Assembly (NCBI GenBank): GCA_900768545.1
Contig: CAAGDD010000004.1
Coordinates: forward strand, 17,250-81,249
Reading direction: 5' to 3'
Length of the DNA stretch: 64,000 nt
Source of the DNA: Clostridia bacterium
Lineage (GTDB): Bacteria > Bacillota > Clostridia > Christensenellales > UBA1242
Position numbers and translations under genes: made by a program. The notes under the pieces were generated by a model. The model saw only the letters and a program-made list of their open reading frames with translations, did no database searches and had not been told where the DNA came from. Numbering within the stretch: the first letter of the stretch is position 1; each line of letters opens with the position of its first letter. This document shows, piece by piece, positions 47,089-54,911 of the stretch.

Positions 47089-49032
47089 ATGAAAAGATGT
47101 CTTGAAAGGCTGAAAACGAAAATAATTGTTGTTTCAGCAATATTAATCTTGCTTTTGTCATGTTTTACAACCATAATGAATCATGATATTGTTTTTGCTA
47201 ACCCGACATTTAATGTAATGGCACTTAACACGCTAAGTATTGATGAAATTGCTAGTCAAGAGAAATATAATAGTTGCGATTATGATATCGTGACCCCAAA
47301 TCTTGACCAAGGAAGCACCAATATTTGCTGGGCTTATGCAACTGCAAGTGCGTCCGAGACATCAGTTTTAAAAGATAAGTTGGACAATAACACAAAAGAC
47401 ACTCTGCGTTTTTCTCCAAAACAAATTGCATATAGAACACACAATAGAGACTCCGACCCACTTGGAAACACTACTGGCGTTTATTCAAATGATAAATGGA
47501 ATGTAACAGGAAGTTCGTATAACACATTTTTGATGTTGTCACAATGGTGTGCACCTGTAAATGGAAGCGTTTCTGCAAAATCTGACGCCTATGAAAACAA
47601 TCTATATCGGCTATTAGACGCCGAACAAATTGACTTGTACTCAACTGGGTCATACAGAATAGCAGAAATAAAAAAAGCAATTGTAAAATATGGCGCAATA
47701 ACCGGGTCATATTATAACGCTCGAGAAGTAAGTTACTACAACACAAAAGGTGAAACTCGTGATGGAATTTCTCATGCAATGACTATAGTTGGGTGGGACG
47801 ATACAATTCCAGCAAGCAATTTCCAGCCAAAAACCGCTAGCCAAAATGGTGGTTGGATAATTAAAAACAGTTATAACTCTCTTCCTTACTTTTACCTCTC
47901 TTATGATAGTGCAGTTGGTAACACTTGCGGGTTTAAATATGCAAACAGGTCGGAATTTGATTTTAACTATTTTTACGACAATGTCATAGACGCACCGATG
48001 CGAAGTGAGGACAATTCAAAATGCGTTGCAAATGTGTTTATGGCAAAGAAAAGCGATAACACTCATAACGAATATGTGAAAGCGGTTAATGTGGCAACTT
48101 ATGGATATAACTTAACCTGCAAAGTTCAAGTTTACACCAACTTAACTGACCCCAAAAACCCGGAAAGCGGAACATTGTCTGCCAGCGGTGAGCGAGTTTT
48201 GGATTATGGCGGGTATCACACGATTATGCTAAATAATTTGGCAAAAATTGATAACGGCACATACTACTCTGTTGTTGTAAACATCAGTAGCAATAGTGGC
48301 AAAAGTGCGTATATTCTATACTCACTTAATTCAAGTGAAAACACACATTTCAAATCTTCTTATGGTTGGAATAGCATAGGTTATGCTGGAAGAATAAAAG
48401 CATATACAGTTTTGCAAGAAAATGAAGGAATTGAACAAAAGGTTGACATTTCTTCTGTTCAACATAGCAACGTTTCCCCTATTTCTTTTACCGGTCAAGA
48501 AGTTTGTCCAAAGGTAAATTTAACCCTAAATTCACAAATTTTAATTGAGAATATAGATTTTACCATCTCTTACAAAAACAACATAAATGTTGGCATCGCT
48601 AAAATTACAATAACTGGAATGGGAAATTACACTGGAAGTTTAATTTTAGAGTTTGAAATTTTGCCGATTGATGTGCCAATAAAACCCCCTAGTGAAATGA
48701 AAATTCCTAGCAATGCAACAACCTTGTCTGATATCAGTTTGCCTACTGGTTGGCAATGGGAAGATTCAAATTTGTTTGTGGATAATTTAATGAGTGCAAC
48801 TGCAATCTATGTGGGCGAAAACAAGGATAATTACAAAAGAACTACAATGGTAATAACTTTACAAAAAGAAGAATTCGTTAATCCAACTCCTGATGATCCG
48901 AATAATAATCTGAAGCAAAGCCGTTCTGACAATATTCAAACAATAATAATTTCAGTTATTATAGGGGTGGCTTTTATATTAACCTTTTCTCTGCTTGTCA
49001 CAAAAACAAGGAAAAAGAAAAAAATAATTTAA
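47089..49032 (+). CDS. Cell-surface papain-like (C1 family) cysteine peptidase with C-terminal TM anchor
   Basis: Signal peptide. Catalytic QGSTNICWAYA (Cys), HAMTIVGWDD (His) and WIIKNSYN (Asn). A YKNNINVGIAKITITGMGNYTG Ig/MBG-like repeat, a C-terminal TM helix, then RKKKK. Confidence 0.8.
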   Translation: MKRCLERLKTKIIVVSAILILLLSCFTTIMNHDIVFANPTFNVMALNTLSIDEIASQEKYNSCDYDIVTPNLDQGSTNICWAYATASASETSVLKDKLDNNTKDTLRFSPKQIAYRTHNRDSDPLGNTTGVYSNDKWNVTGSSYNTFLMLSQWCAPVNGSVSAKSDAYENNLYRLLDAEQIDLYSTGSYRIAEIKKAIVKYGAITGSYYNAREVSYYNTKGETRDGISHAMTIVGWDDTIPASNFQPKTASQNGGWIIKNSYNSLPYFYLSYDSAVGNTCGFKYANRSEFDFNYFYDNVIDAPMRSEDNSKCVANVFMAKKSDNTHNEYVKAVNVATYGYNLTCKVQVYTNLTDPKNPESGTLSASGERVLDYGGYHTIMLNNLAKIDNGTYYSVVVNISSNSGKSAYILYSLNSSENTHFKSSYGWNSIGYAGRIKAYTVLQENEGIEQKVDISSVQHSNVSPISFTGQEVCPKVNLTLNSQILIENIDFTISYKNNINVGIAKITITGMGNYTGSLILEFEILPIDVPIKPPSEMKIPSNATTLSDISLPTGWQWEDSNLFVDNLMSATAIYVGENKDNYKRTTMVITLQKEEFVNPTPDDPNNNLKQSRSDNIQTIIISVIIGVAFILTFSLLVTKTRKKKKII

Positions 49033-49329
49033 CACATTAGATTAATTGAGAGACTTGCCTTAATTATTTTTTTGACAAGCATTCATGATATTGAATGAAT
49101 AATTTTAATGAAAAATAAAGGAAATTTACATTGCCTCTATTTTTTGTTCTGCTAGTTTCAAAAGCGCTAGTCTTTAGTTCTTCTTTTTATTTTTGATTTA
49201 TATTTTGATTGATAAGTTCAACAAATTTTGTCAAAAGCAAATTTTGCTTTTTGATATCTATTCGTGAAATTTATTAGATTAAAAAAAACACTGTCTGCCT
49301 ATTTTATAAAGGTTCGACAATGTCTCTAT

Positions 49330-49404
49330 TGGTAGTCCTAAGGGGAATCGAACCCCTGATTCCGCCGTGAGAGGGCGGCGTCTTAACCGCTTGACCATAG
49401 GACC
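49330..49404 (-). tRNA. tRNA-Glu (anticodon CUC), CCA encoded
   Basis: The reverse complement GGTCCTATGGTCAAGCGGTTAAGACGCCGCCCTCTCACGGCGGAATCAGGGGTTCGATTCCCCTTAGGACTACCA folds as a cloverleaf. Anticodon stem CCGCC/GGCGG with loop CTCTCAC, T arm AGGGG-TTCGATT-CCCCT. Confidence 0.9.
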
Positions 49405-49647
49405 ATATTTTTTATAAGTGGTGCGCATATGTGATATTGTGTTTTTTTTAGAAAGTTTTTCACCAAATCGTCACTCGCAAACAATAATATCATTTTTTTT
49501 TGAAAAAAGCAATAAATTTTTAAAAATTGATTAGTTTATTTAAAAATATGATATTTTTGACCATATTTATTTAAAAAATTTTAATGATTTGCTTGTTTAT
49601 TTTTAAAAATTGTGTTATTATTTCACAATAAAAGGAACTCGGAAAAA

Positions 49648-50079
49648 ATGAAGCTTAAAAAGGCAGTCAACAAATTTTACAACAAAGTAAAATTGATTAT
49701 TTATAAAAACATTTTTGAAAGAATTTACGACAAAGAAGAAGTGATTTCGACTTCTGAATATTTCTGTCTTGAATGTATTTATTTGATGGGAAATCCTACG
49801 ATTACACAATTTGCTGATTTTATGGAAATTTCTGCTCCAAATGCGACTTACAGAGTAAAACAACTTATCAAAAAAGGTTTTATCACAAAAGAACGCTCGG
49901 CGCATGACGGAAGAGAATATTGTCTTATTCCTACTCAAAAGTTTTTTGATTTTTATGAAAACAAAGATGATTATGTTTTGATCAACAAAATGAAAGAAAA
50001 TTTTACCAAAAAAGAATGCAAGAAGATTGACAAAATTATGAAGATTTTGACCGAACAAATCGAGCCAGAAAGTGTATAA
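49648..50079 (+). CDS. MarR-family transcriptional regulator
   Basis: Winged-helix pattern ITQFADFMEISAPNATYRVKQLIKKGFITKERSAHDGREY. The ATG at 49648 follows AAGGA. Confidence 0.7.
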   Translation: MKLKKAVNKFYNKVKLIIYKNIFERIYDKEEVISTSEYFCLECIYLMGNPTITQFADFMEISAPNATYRVKQLIKKGFITKERSAHDGREYCLIPTQKFFDFYENKDDYVLINKMKENFTKKECKKIDKIMKILTEQIEPESV

Positions 50080-50112
50080 AAAAAATTCTAATTTATTGCT
50101 TAGGAGAACTTG

Positions 50113-50925
50113 ATGATCGACAGAGATGGCATTGAAAGACCAGACAGATTTGACCAACACATGCGACCTATTTCTCATGACAAAAGAAAGGTCAAGTTTG
50201 ACGAAAATTATAGTTTTAGACCACGCAACATTTTCTTTAGAATGTGGGCGGTCTTTTTTCGTGCCTTTGTTATCTGTGTGTTGAATCCTATTTTTTATTT
50301 TAAATATGGAATGAAAGTATATGGAAAGCAAAACATTAAAAAACTTCGCAAAAAAGGCTTTATCATCACTTGCAATCACGTTTTTATTTTTGACGACCTT
50401 GGCATTGGAGTAAATGTTTTCCCTTTTAGAAAAATTTACTTCGGGGCGCTTGATCGAAGTGTTAAAAGGCCTTGCGTTGGATTTTATTTGCGTTCGCTTG
50501 GCGGAATTCCTATTCCAAGAGAAAGTTTGTCTGGAATGAAAAAGTTTAACGAAGATGTTGGATATCTTTTGAAGAAAAACAAACCTGTTTTGATTGATCC
50601 GGAAGGTTCACTTTGGCCATATTATCGTGACATTCGTCCTTTCAAACGCGGAGCATTTTCACTCGCAGTGAAAAACGATGTGCCAGTTTTGCCAATGGTG
50701 GTTACTTTTAAAAGAAAAAGAAAGCGCAATGGCGAACTCAAACGCAGAAAAAACGGAAGTTATGTTTACAAAGTTTTCTACACTGCTTGTGAACCTATTT
50801 ATGCAGATAAATCGATTGAAGATGAAAGATCTCGAATTGAAGACTTGCTCAAAAAGACTTATGATGTGACTGAAAAAACAGCAAGAGAATTTTATGAAAG
50901 TCAAGATTGCGGATTTGACAACTAG
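50113..50925 (+). CDS. Lysophospholipid (1-acylglycerol-3-phosphate-type) acyltransferase
   Basis: NHVFIFDD (NHxxxxD) and PEGS motifs of the PlsC family. It follows the MarR gene. Confidence 0.7.
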   Translation: MIDRDGIERPDRFDQHMRPISHDKRKVKFDENYSFRPRNIFFRMWAVFFRAFVICVLNPIFYFKYGMKVYGKQNIKKLRKKGFIITCNHVFIFDDLGIGVNVFPFRKIYFGALDRSVKRPCVGFYLRSLGGIPIPRESLSGMKKFNEDVGYLLKKNKPVLIDPEGSLWPYYRDIRPFKRGAFSLAVKNDVPVLPMVVTFKRKRKRNGELKRRKNGSYVYKVFYTACEPIYADKSIEDERSRIEDLLKKTYDVTEKTAREFYESQDCGFDN

Positions 50926-51054
50926 GGGCGAAAAGCCATCGCGAAGCGATGAGCCTTGAAGCGAAAAAAATGAAGTCGAAAGACCTCATTTTTTTTGTTG
51001 CTTCAAGGCCATTATAATTTTGCGCTTCCCACAAAATTATAAGCTTTTCGCCCC
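50925..51054 (+). repeat. GC-rich cloverleaf-like intergenic element, copy C
   Basis: Perfect 12-bp closing stem GGGGCGAAAAGC/GCTTTTCGCCCC. H1 CATCGC-gaa-GCGATG. H2 GCCTTGAAGC.../...GCTTCAAGGC with an inner AAAAAAATGA/TCATTTTTTT helix and a GTC-gaaa-GAC tip. H3 TTATAATTTTG/CAAAATTATAA. Confidence 0.75.
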
Positions 51055-51058
51055 ATTA

Positions 51059-51730
51059 TCAAAACTTCAAAATAACATAAAACAAAATTGAAACAAATTG
51101 TAAAATGCTTCCAAAAAGCACAAATAAGTGAAATATGCTATGAATGTATCTTACTTTTCTGCCAAAACAGAAAAACACCGCACCGACCGTGTAAGATATT
51201 CCGCCCGAAAGTAGCCACCAAAAGCCAGTCATACTCAAATATTGGGTGAGTGGAACAAACGCAATAATGATGCACCAGCCAAGCAAAATATACAAAACAA
51301 GTGAAGCGTTTTTCCATTTATACATATTAACCGCATTAAGCGTTATGCCCAAAATCGAAAGTCCCCAAACGATCGAAAAAATTGTGTATCCCCAAACAGG
51401 TGCGTTTGAAAGCGTGATAAGACAAAACGGAGTGTAAGTGCCAGCGATCAACAAAAATATTGCACAATGATCCAAAATTCGAAAGACCTTTTTGGCGCGA
51501 ACAGGACGCAAAAAGTGATAAATCGCACTCATTGTGTAGGCGATAATCATGCAAAAACCATAGATATACATGCTCAAGATTCCGACCCAGTCGCAATAAA
51601 GATGAGCAAACACAACACCCAAGACCAAAAAGATGACACCAAAGCCGCCACCGACGATGTGAGTTACGGCATTGAAAATTTCTTCTCCACGAGTGAAACC
51701 TGGCAAGGCACTGTCATAAGTCTTTTTCAT
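51059..51730 (-). CDS. Hemolysin III / PAQR family membrane protein
   Basis: 223 aa with seven TM helices, the EEIFNAVTH N-terminal motif and the HxxxH-like SIFHLFV tail. Confidence 0.8.
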   Translation of the reverse strand: MKKTYDSALPGFTRGEEIFNAVTHIVGGGFGVIFLVLGVVFAHLYCDWVGILSMYIYGFCMIIAYTMSAIYHFLRPVRAKKVFRILDHCAIFLLIAGTYTPFCLITLSNAPVWGYTIFSIVWGLSILGITLNAVNMYKWKNASLVLYILLGWCIIIAFVPLTQYLSMTGFWWLLSGGISYTVGAVFFCFGRKVRYIHSIFHLFVLFGSILQFVSILFYVILKF

Positions 51731-51783
51731 ATTTCGCTCCTTTTGTGTTTTAATTATAAACTTTTCGATTTAAAAAGTAAAGC

Positions 51784-51811
51784 AAAATACTTAAAAAATT
51801 TTAAGTATTTT
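51784..51811. repeat. Perfect 13-bp inverted repeat in a divergent promoter region
   Basis: AAAATACTTAAAA-aa-TTTTAAGTATTTT. Confidence 0.6.
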
Positions 51812-51960
51812 TTTGTAATATTTATTCTTGCCCAAAATCAAACAAAATAAAATTTTGCACATATATTTATATGAAAATAACAAAAAATTGTTTAAATTTG
51901 AATGAAATTATTGACTTTTGTCGCAAAAATGATTATTATGTTTTTTATAAGGAGAAGCTT

Positions 51961-52503
51961 ATGGAAGAAAAAATTGAAAATGTTGAAAACAAAGAAGAAG
52001 CAGTTGTTGCCACAAGATCAAGAAGAAAACTCAAAAAGAGCAAAATCCCATATTGGGTTTTGTCAAACTTTGCGGGCGTTGTTGTTGGAATTGTAGCCCT
52101 TTTGGTTATGCAATTCACAGGCGGATTTGCAGGTCTTATCACTTTGGCAAGCGTTATCGCTATCACTGGAGCAGTTTGCGTAATGTGCACACCTTTTGTT
52201 GCAAAATCTTATTATAAAGATGTTGAAGCGATGTCTTATCCAGATGTTGCAGTTGTTTTGAATGGTGACAATTTCGAAATCGTAACTGACAAAATCGAAG
52301 TTGTAGCATTTGACCAAATCGAAAAAATTGTTGGAAATCCAGCAAGAAAGTTCACAAGCAATGGTTTTTACACAACAACTACTACATATTCTTATGGCGA
52401 TTTGACAATCAAACTCAAAGACAAAAGAAAAATCAAACTTTCAAACATCGAAAACATCGTTTCAGTTGCCGAAAAAATGTGCGCATTGGCTGGTTTGAGA
52501 TAA
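51961..52503 (+). CDS. Hypothetical two-TM membrane protein
   Basis: The ATG at 51961 follows AAGGAGA. A promoter TTGACT-17-TATTAT lies at 51911-51939. No family recognised. Confidence 0.5.
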   Translation: MEEKIENVENKEEAVVATRSRRKLKKSKIPYWVLSNFAGVVVGIVALLVMQFTGGFAGLITLASVIAITGAVCVMCTPFVAKSYYKDVEAMSYPDVAVVLNGDNFEIVTDKIEVVAFDQIEKIVGNPARKFTSNGFYTTTTTYSYGDLTIKLKDKRKIKLSNIENIVSVAEKMCALAGLR

Positions 52504-52510
52504 TTAAAAC

Positions 52511-52541
52511 AAAAATGACTCGTTTGGGTCATTTTTTTTGT
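52511..52541 (+). terminator. Intrinsic terminator
   Basis: AAAATGAC-tcgtttgg-GTCATTTT followed by a T run. Confidence 0.6.
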
Positions 52542-52585
52542 TTTGTTTGGTTTGTTTTAAAACGATTTTGTGCTATAATAAAACT

Positions 52586-53167
52586 ATGAACATAACAAGT
52601 GCAAAATATATCACAAGTGTGGTTGAAGAAAAAAATATTTTAAAAGACGATATGGTTGAGTTCGCTTTTGTTGGCAGAAGCAATGTCGGCAAGTCGTCAC
52701 TTATAAACAGTTTGACAAATCAAAAGAATTTGGCGAAAACTTCTTCCACGCCGGGACTCACAAAAATGATAAATTATTTTCTTGTAAACGACCGTTTTCG
52801 CATTGTTGATTTGCCGGGTTATGGCTATGCCAAAACAGGACAAAAACATATTGCAAATTGGGCGGGGCTTATGGAAACTTATTTGACTTCGTCGCCAAAC
52901 TTGAAGACGGTGTTTGTTTTGGTTGATTGTCGTCACGAGCCAAGCGATCTTGACAAGATGATGCTAGACTTTTTAAATTCTTATCAAATTCCATATATCG
53001 TTGTTGCAACAAAAGTTGACAAACTTGCAAAATCAAAAGTGCCACAAGCGTGCACAAAGATCGCCAAAGTTTTGGGCGTGCGAAAAGAACTTGTTTTGCC
53101 TTATTCGTCAGAAAACGGCACAGGAAGAGAAAAGCTTTTGCAGTATCTTGAAAATGTTTTAGATTAA
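52586..53167 (+). CDS. engB: Ribosome biogenesis GTP-binding protein EngB/YsxC
   Basis: FVGRSNVGKSSLINSL (G1), DLPGYG (G3) and ATKVDK (G4). Confidence 0.85.
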   Translation: MNITSAKYITSVVEEKNILKDDMVEFAFVGRSNVGKSSLINSLTNQKNLAKTSSTPGLTKMINYFLVNDRFRIVDLPGYGYAKTGQKHIANWAGLMETYLTSSPNLKTVFVLVDCRHEPSDLDKMMLDFLNSYQIPYIVVATKVDKLAKSKVPQACTKIAKVLGVRKELVLPYSSENGTGREKLLQYLENVLD

Positions 53168-53187
53168 AACGATTTGAATGGTTTAAT

Positions 53188-53226
53188 AAAAAAGAACTTT
53201 GCTTTGAATTGCAAGTTCTTTTTTTT
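53188..53226. terminator. Bidirectional terminator
   Basis: AAAAAAGAACTTTGC-tttgaatt-GCAAGTTCTTTTTT. Confidence 0.7.
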
Positions 53227-53232
53227 GTAAAT

Positions 53233-53880
53233 TTATTTTTCGCGAGATTGATTGAGTTTTTGGGCCTGTTTTGTAAGTTCGATGTTGAGATTGTCTTCAA
53301 GCTCGTCATTCAAACAAAACATTCCTTTTTTGTCGGCAAAAATTTCAACTTTTTTGAGTGCGTCTTCTTTTGCATAATACATATTTGCAATCAAAATTTT
53401 GTATCTTTTGCCTTTTTTGTAAAACAAGTCGTCAACAACTCCGCCAGGCAATAATTTGTTTAAAACATCAGTCATTTCTTTTAAAGAAAATATTGACAAA
53501 ACTGTGCCTTTGAAGCATTCAGCGTATTCTTGTGGAAAGTCGATAGCTTTGTCATAAACGATAGGCAACAGTGGCTTTTCTTTGAGTTTTTCTTGAAGTT
53601 CAAATTCGACGTCTTTTCGATTTGAAACAATTTTGTTTCCGCTTGAGCAAACTTTAACAAAAACATCTTTGTCTTCTTTCAAATTTTCCATTCCAATGTG
53701 CAAAATCATTTTGTTAAGGCGAAAACCTACAAAAGTTCCAGAAAGTTCCCACTCTTTCCCTTCTTTTCTTTGACAATTCAAAACGATTTTTTCGATTTCG
53801 TAAAGGTCAAATTTCCCCAAAAGGGTGTTTGCATAAAGTTCTTTAAATTGTCCGTTTGTTTCGAGATAATATCCTTTCAT
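53233..53880 (-). CDS. Hypothetical protein (215 aa), paralogous N-terminal region to 53891-54253
   Basis: AGGAG SD. Shares ...IEK.V..C...W.L.G......SN.(R/K)DV.. spacing with the upstream gene. No known family recognised. Confidence 0.5.
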   Translation of the reverse strand: MKGYYLETNGQFKELYANTLLGKFDLYEIEKIVLNCQRKEGKEWELSGTFVGFRLNKMILHIGMENLKEDKDVFVKVCSSGNKIVSNRKDVEFELQEKLKEKPLLPIVYDKAIDFPQEYAECFKGTVLSIFSLKEMTDVLNKLLPGGVVDDLFYKKGKRYKILIANMYYAKEDALKKVEIFADKKGMFCLNDELEDNLNIELTKQAQKLNQSREK

Positions 53881-53890
53881 CGGGGTGCTC

Positions 53891-54253
53891 CTATCTGCTT
53901 CTTGATTGATCTTTTTGCATCTTTTGCATTTTTGTCAACGCTTTGTTTAAAACTTCTTTAACATCTCTGTTGTTTGACAAAATCTTTCCGTCAAATTCGA
54001 TCATTTCAACTTGTTTGTGTGTGTCATAAATCGCTGCATCAACAACAAGCCATTTGTGACCAAATTCTTGTGTGTAATATGTTCCGCAAAGTTTCCAAGG
54101 CTTTATTGCAAGTTTGTCACAGCCGATATTTAAACACTTGTAAACAGTCTTTTCGATGCCTGCAAGTGAAAAGTTTTTGAGTGCCGAATCTTTGAAAACC
54201 TTTTGGAAAGTTTCTTCGTCGCAAATTGGCAAATAAATATATTTGTTTTCCAT
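53891..54253 (-). CDS. Hypothetical protein (120 aa)
   Basis: The ATG at 54253 follows AAGGAGA. A minus-strand promoter TTGAAA-17-TATTAT lies upstream. Confidence 0.5.
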   Translation of the reverse strand: MENKYIYLPICDEETFQKVFKDSALKNFSLAGIEKTVYKCLNIGCDKLAIKPWKLCGTYYTQEFGHKWLVVDAAIYDTHKQVEMIEFDGKILSNNRDVKEVLNKALTKMQKMQKDQSRSR

Positions 54254-54361
54254 AAAATATCTCCTTTTTCTTATACATATATAATAACATAATTTTTTCG
54301 CGATTTCAAGACCCAATTTTAAAAATAAAAGACCTTGTCAAAAGTGGTGAAAAAACAGCAT

Positions 54362-54397
54362 AAAAAAGGAACAATGCAAATTAAAACAGTGTTCCTT
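54362..54397 (-). terminator. Intrinsic terminator after ASCH gene
   Basis: AAGGAACA ... TGTTCCTT with flanking A/T runs. Confidence 0.6.
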
Positions 54398-54422
54398 AAA
54401 AAATCAAATTTGCGGTCAAAAT

Positions 54423-54764
54423 TTACATAATTTTGAGTTTGATCGCCAAAACTTTGTATTTTTGTTCAAGCTCTGGTGGATAAAAAGAGTGATAGACTTC
54501 TTCAATTTCTTTTCGTGATTTGTTTTCAAATCCAAGTTGTGCGACTGGCAAAAACAAAAGCATATTTGCAAACGAATTGAAATGCAACAAATCTTCAACA
54601 AAAGTGTGAATGCAGTCATCTTCGTCCCCGTTGCGACAAAAAACAATGCTGTCGCCGATGTTTAATTTTTGACGCTTTTCGTCGTTAAGTCTGATTTCAT
54701 ATATTTTTTGACCGCTTTTCATTTTGTCAAAATATTCGTCTTTGAGATTCATTTGAAATTGCAT
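54423..54764 (-). CDS. ASCH-domain (PUA-like fold) protein
   Basis: LKDEYFDKMKSGQKIYEIRLNDEKRQKLNIGDSIVF matches the ASCH N-terminal pattern. The start among three nearby ATGs is uncertain. Confidence 0.6.
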   Translation of the reverse strand: MQFQMNLKDEYFDKMKSGQKIYEIRLNDEKRQKLNIGDSIVFCRNGDEDDCIHTFVEDLLHFNSFANMLLFLPVAQLGFENKSRKEIEEVYHSFYPPELEQKYKVLAIKLKIM

Positions 54765-54911
54765 ATTTTTCTTCCTTAAAAACAAGATAACACATTTTTG
54801 ACAGACTTTGCAAACAAATTAAAAAAGTTTGTGCAAGATGTGAAAATTGTTTGCCTAAATAGGCGTAATTTTGTTATAATTTAATCGTAAATATAAAGGA
54901 GATTTTTAAGT

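Noticed and set aside
47089-49404. I considered whether the C1 peptidase gene is a genomic islet integrated at tRNA-Glu.
   Set aside because: There is no integrase and no direct repeat of the tRNA 3' end at the far boundary (46969-47088). No obvious compositional jump is visible by eye. It is kept only as a low-interest finding.
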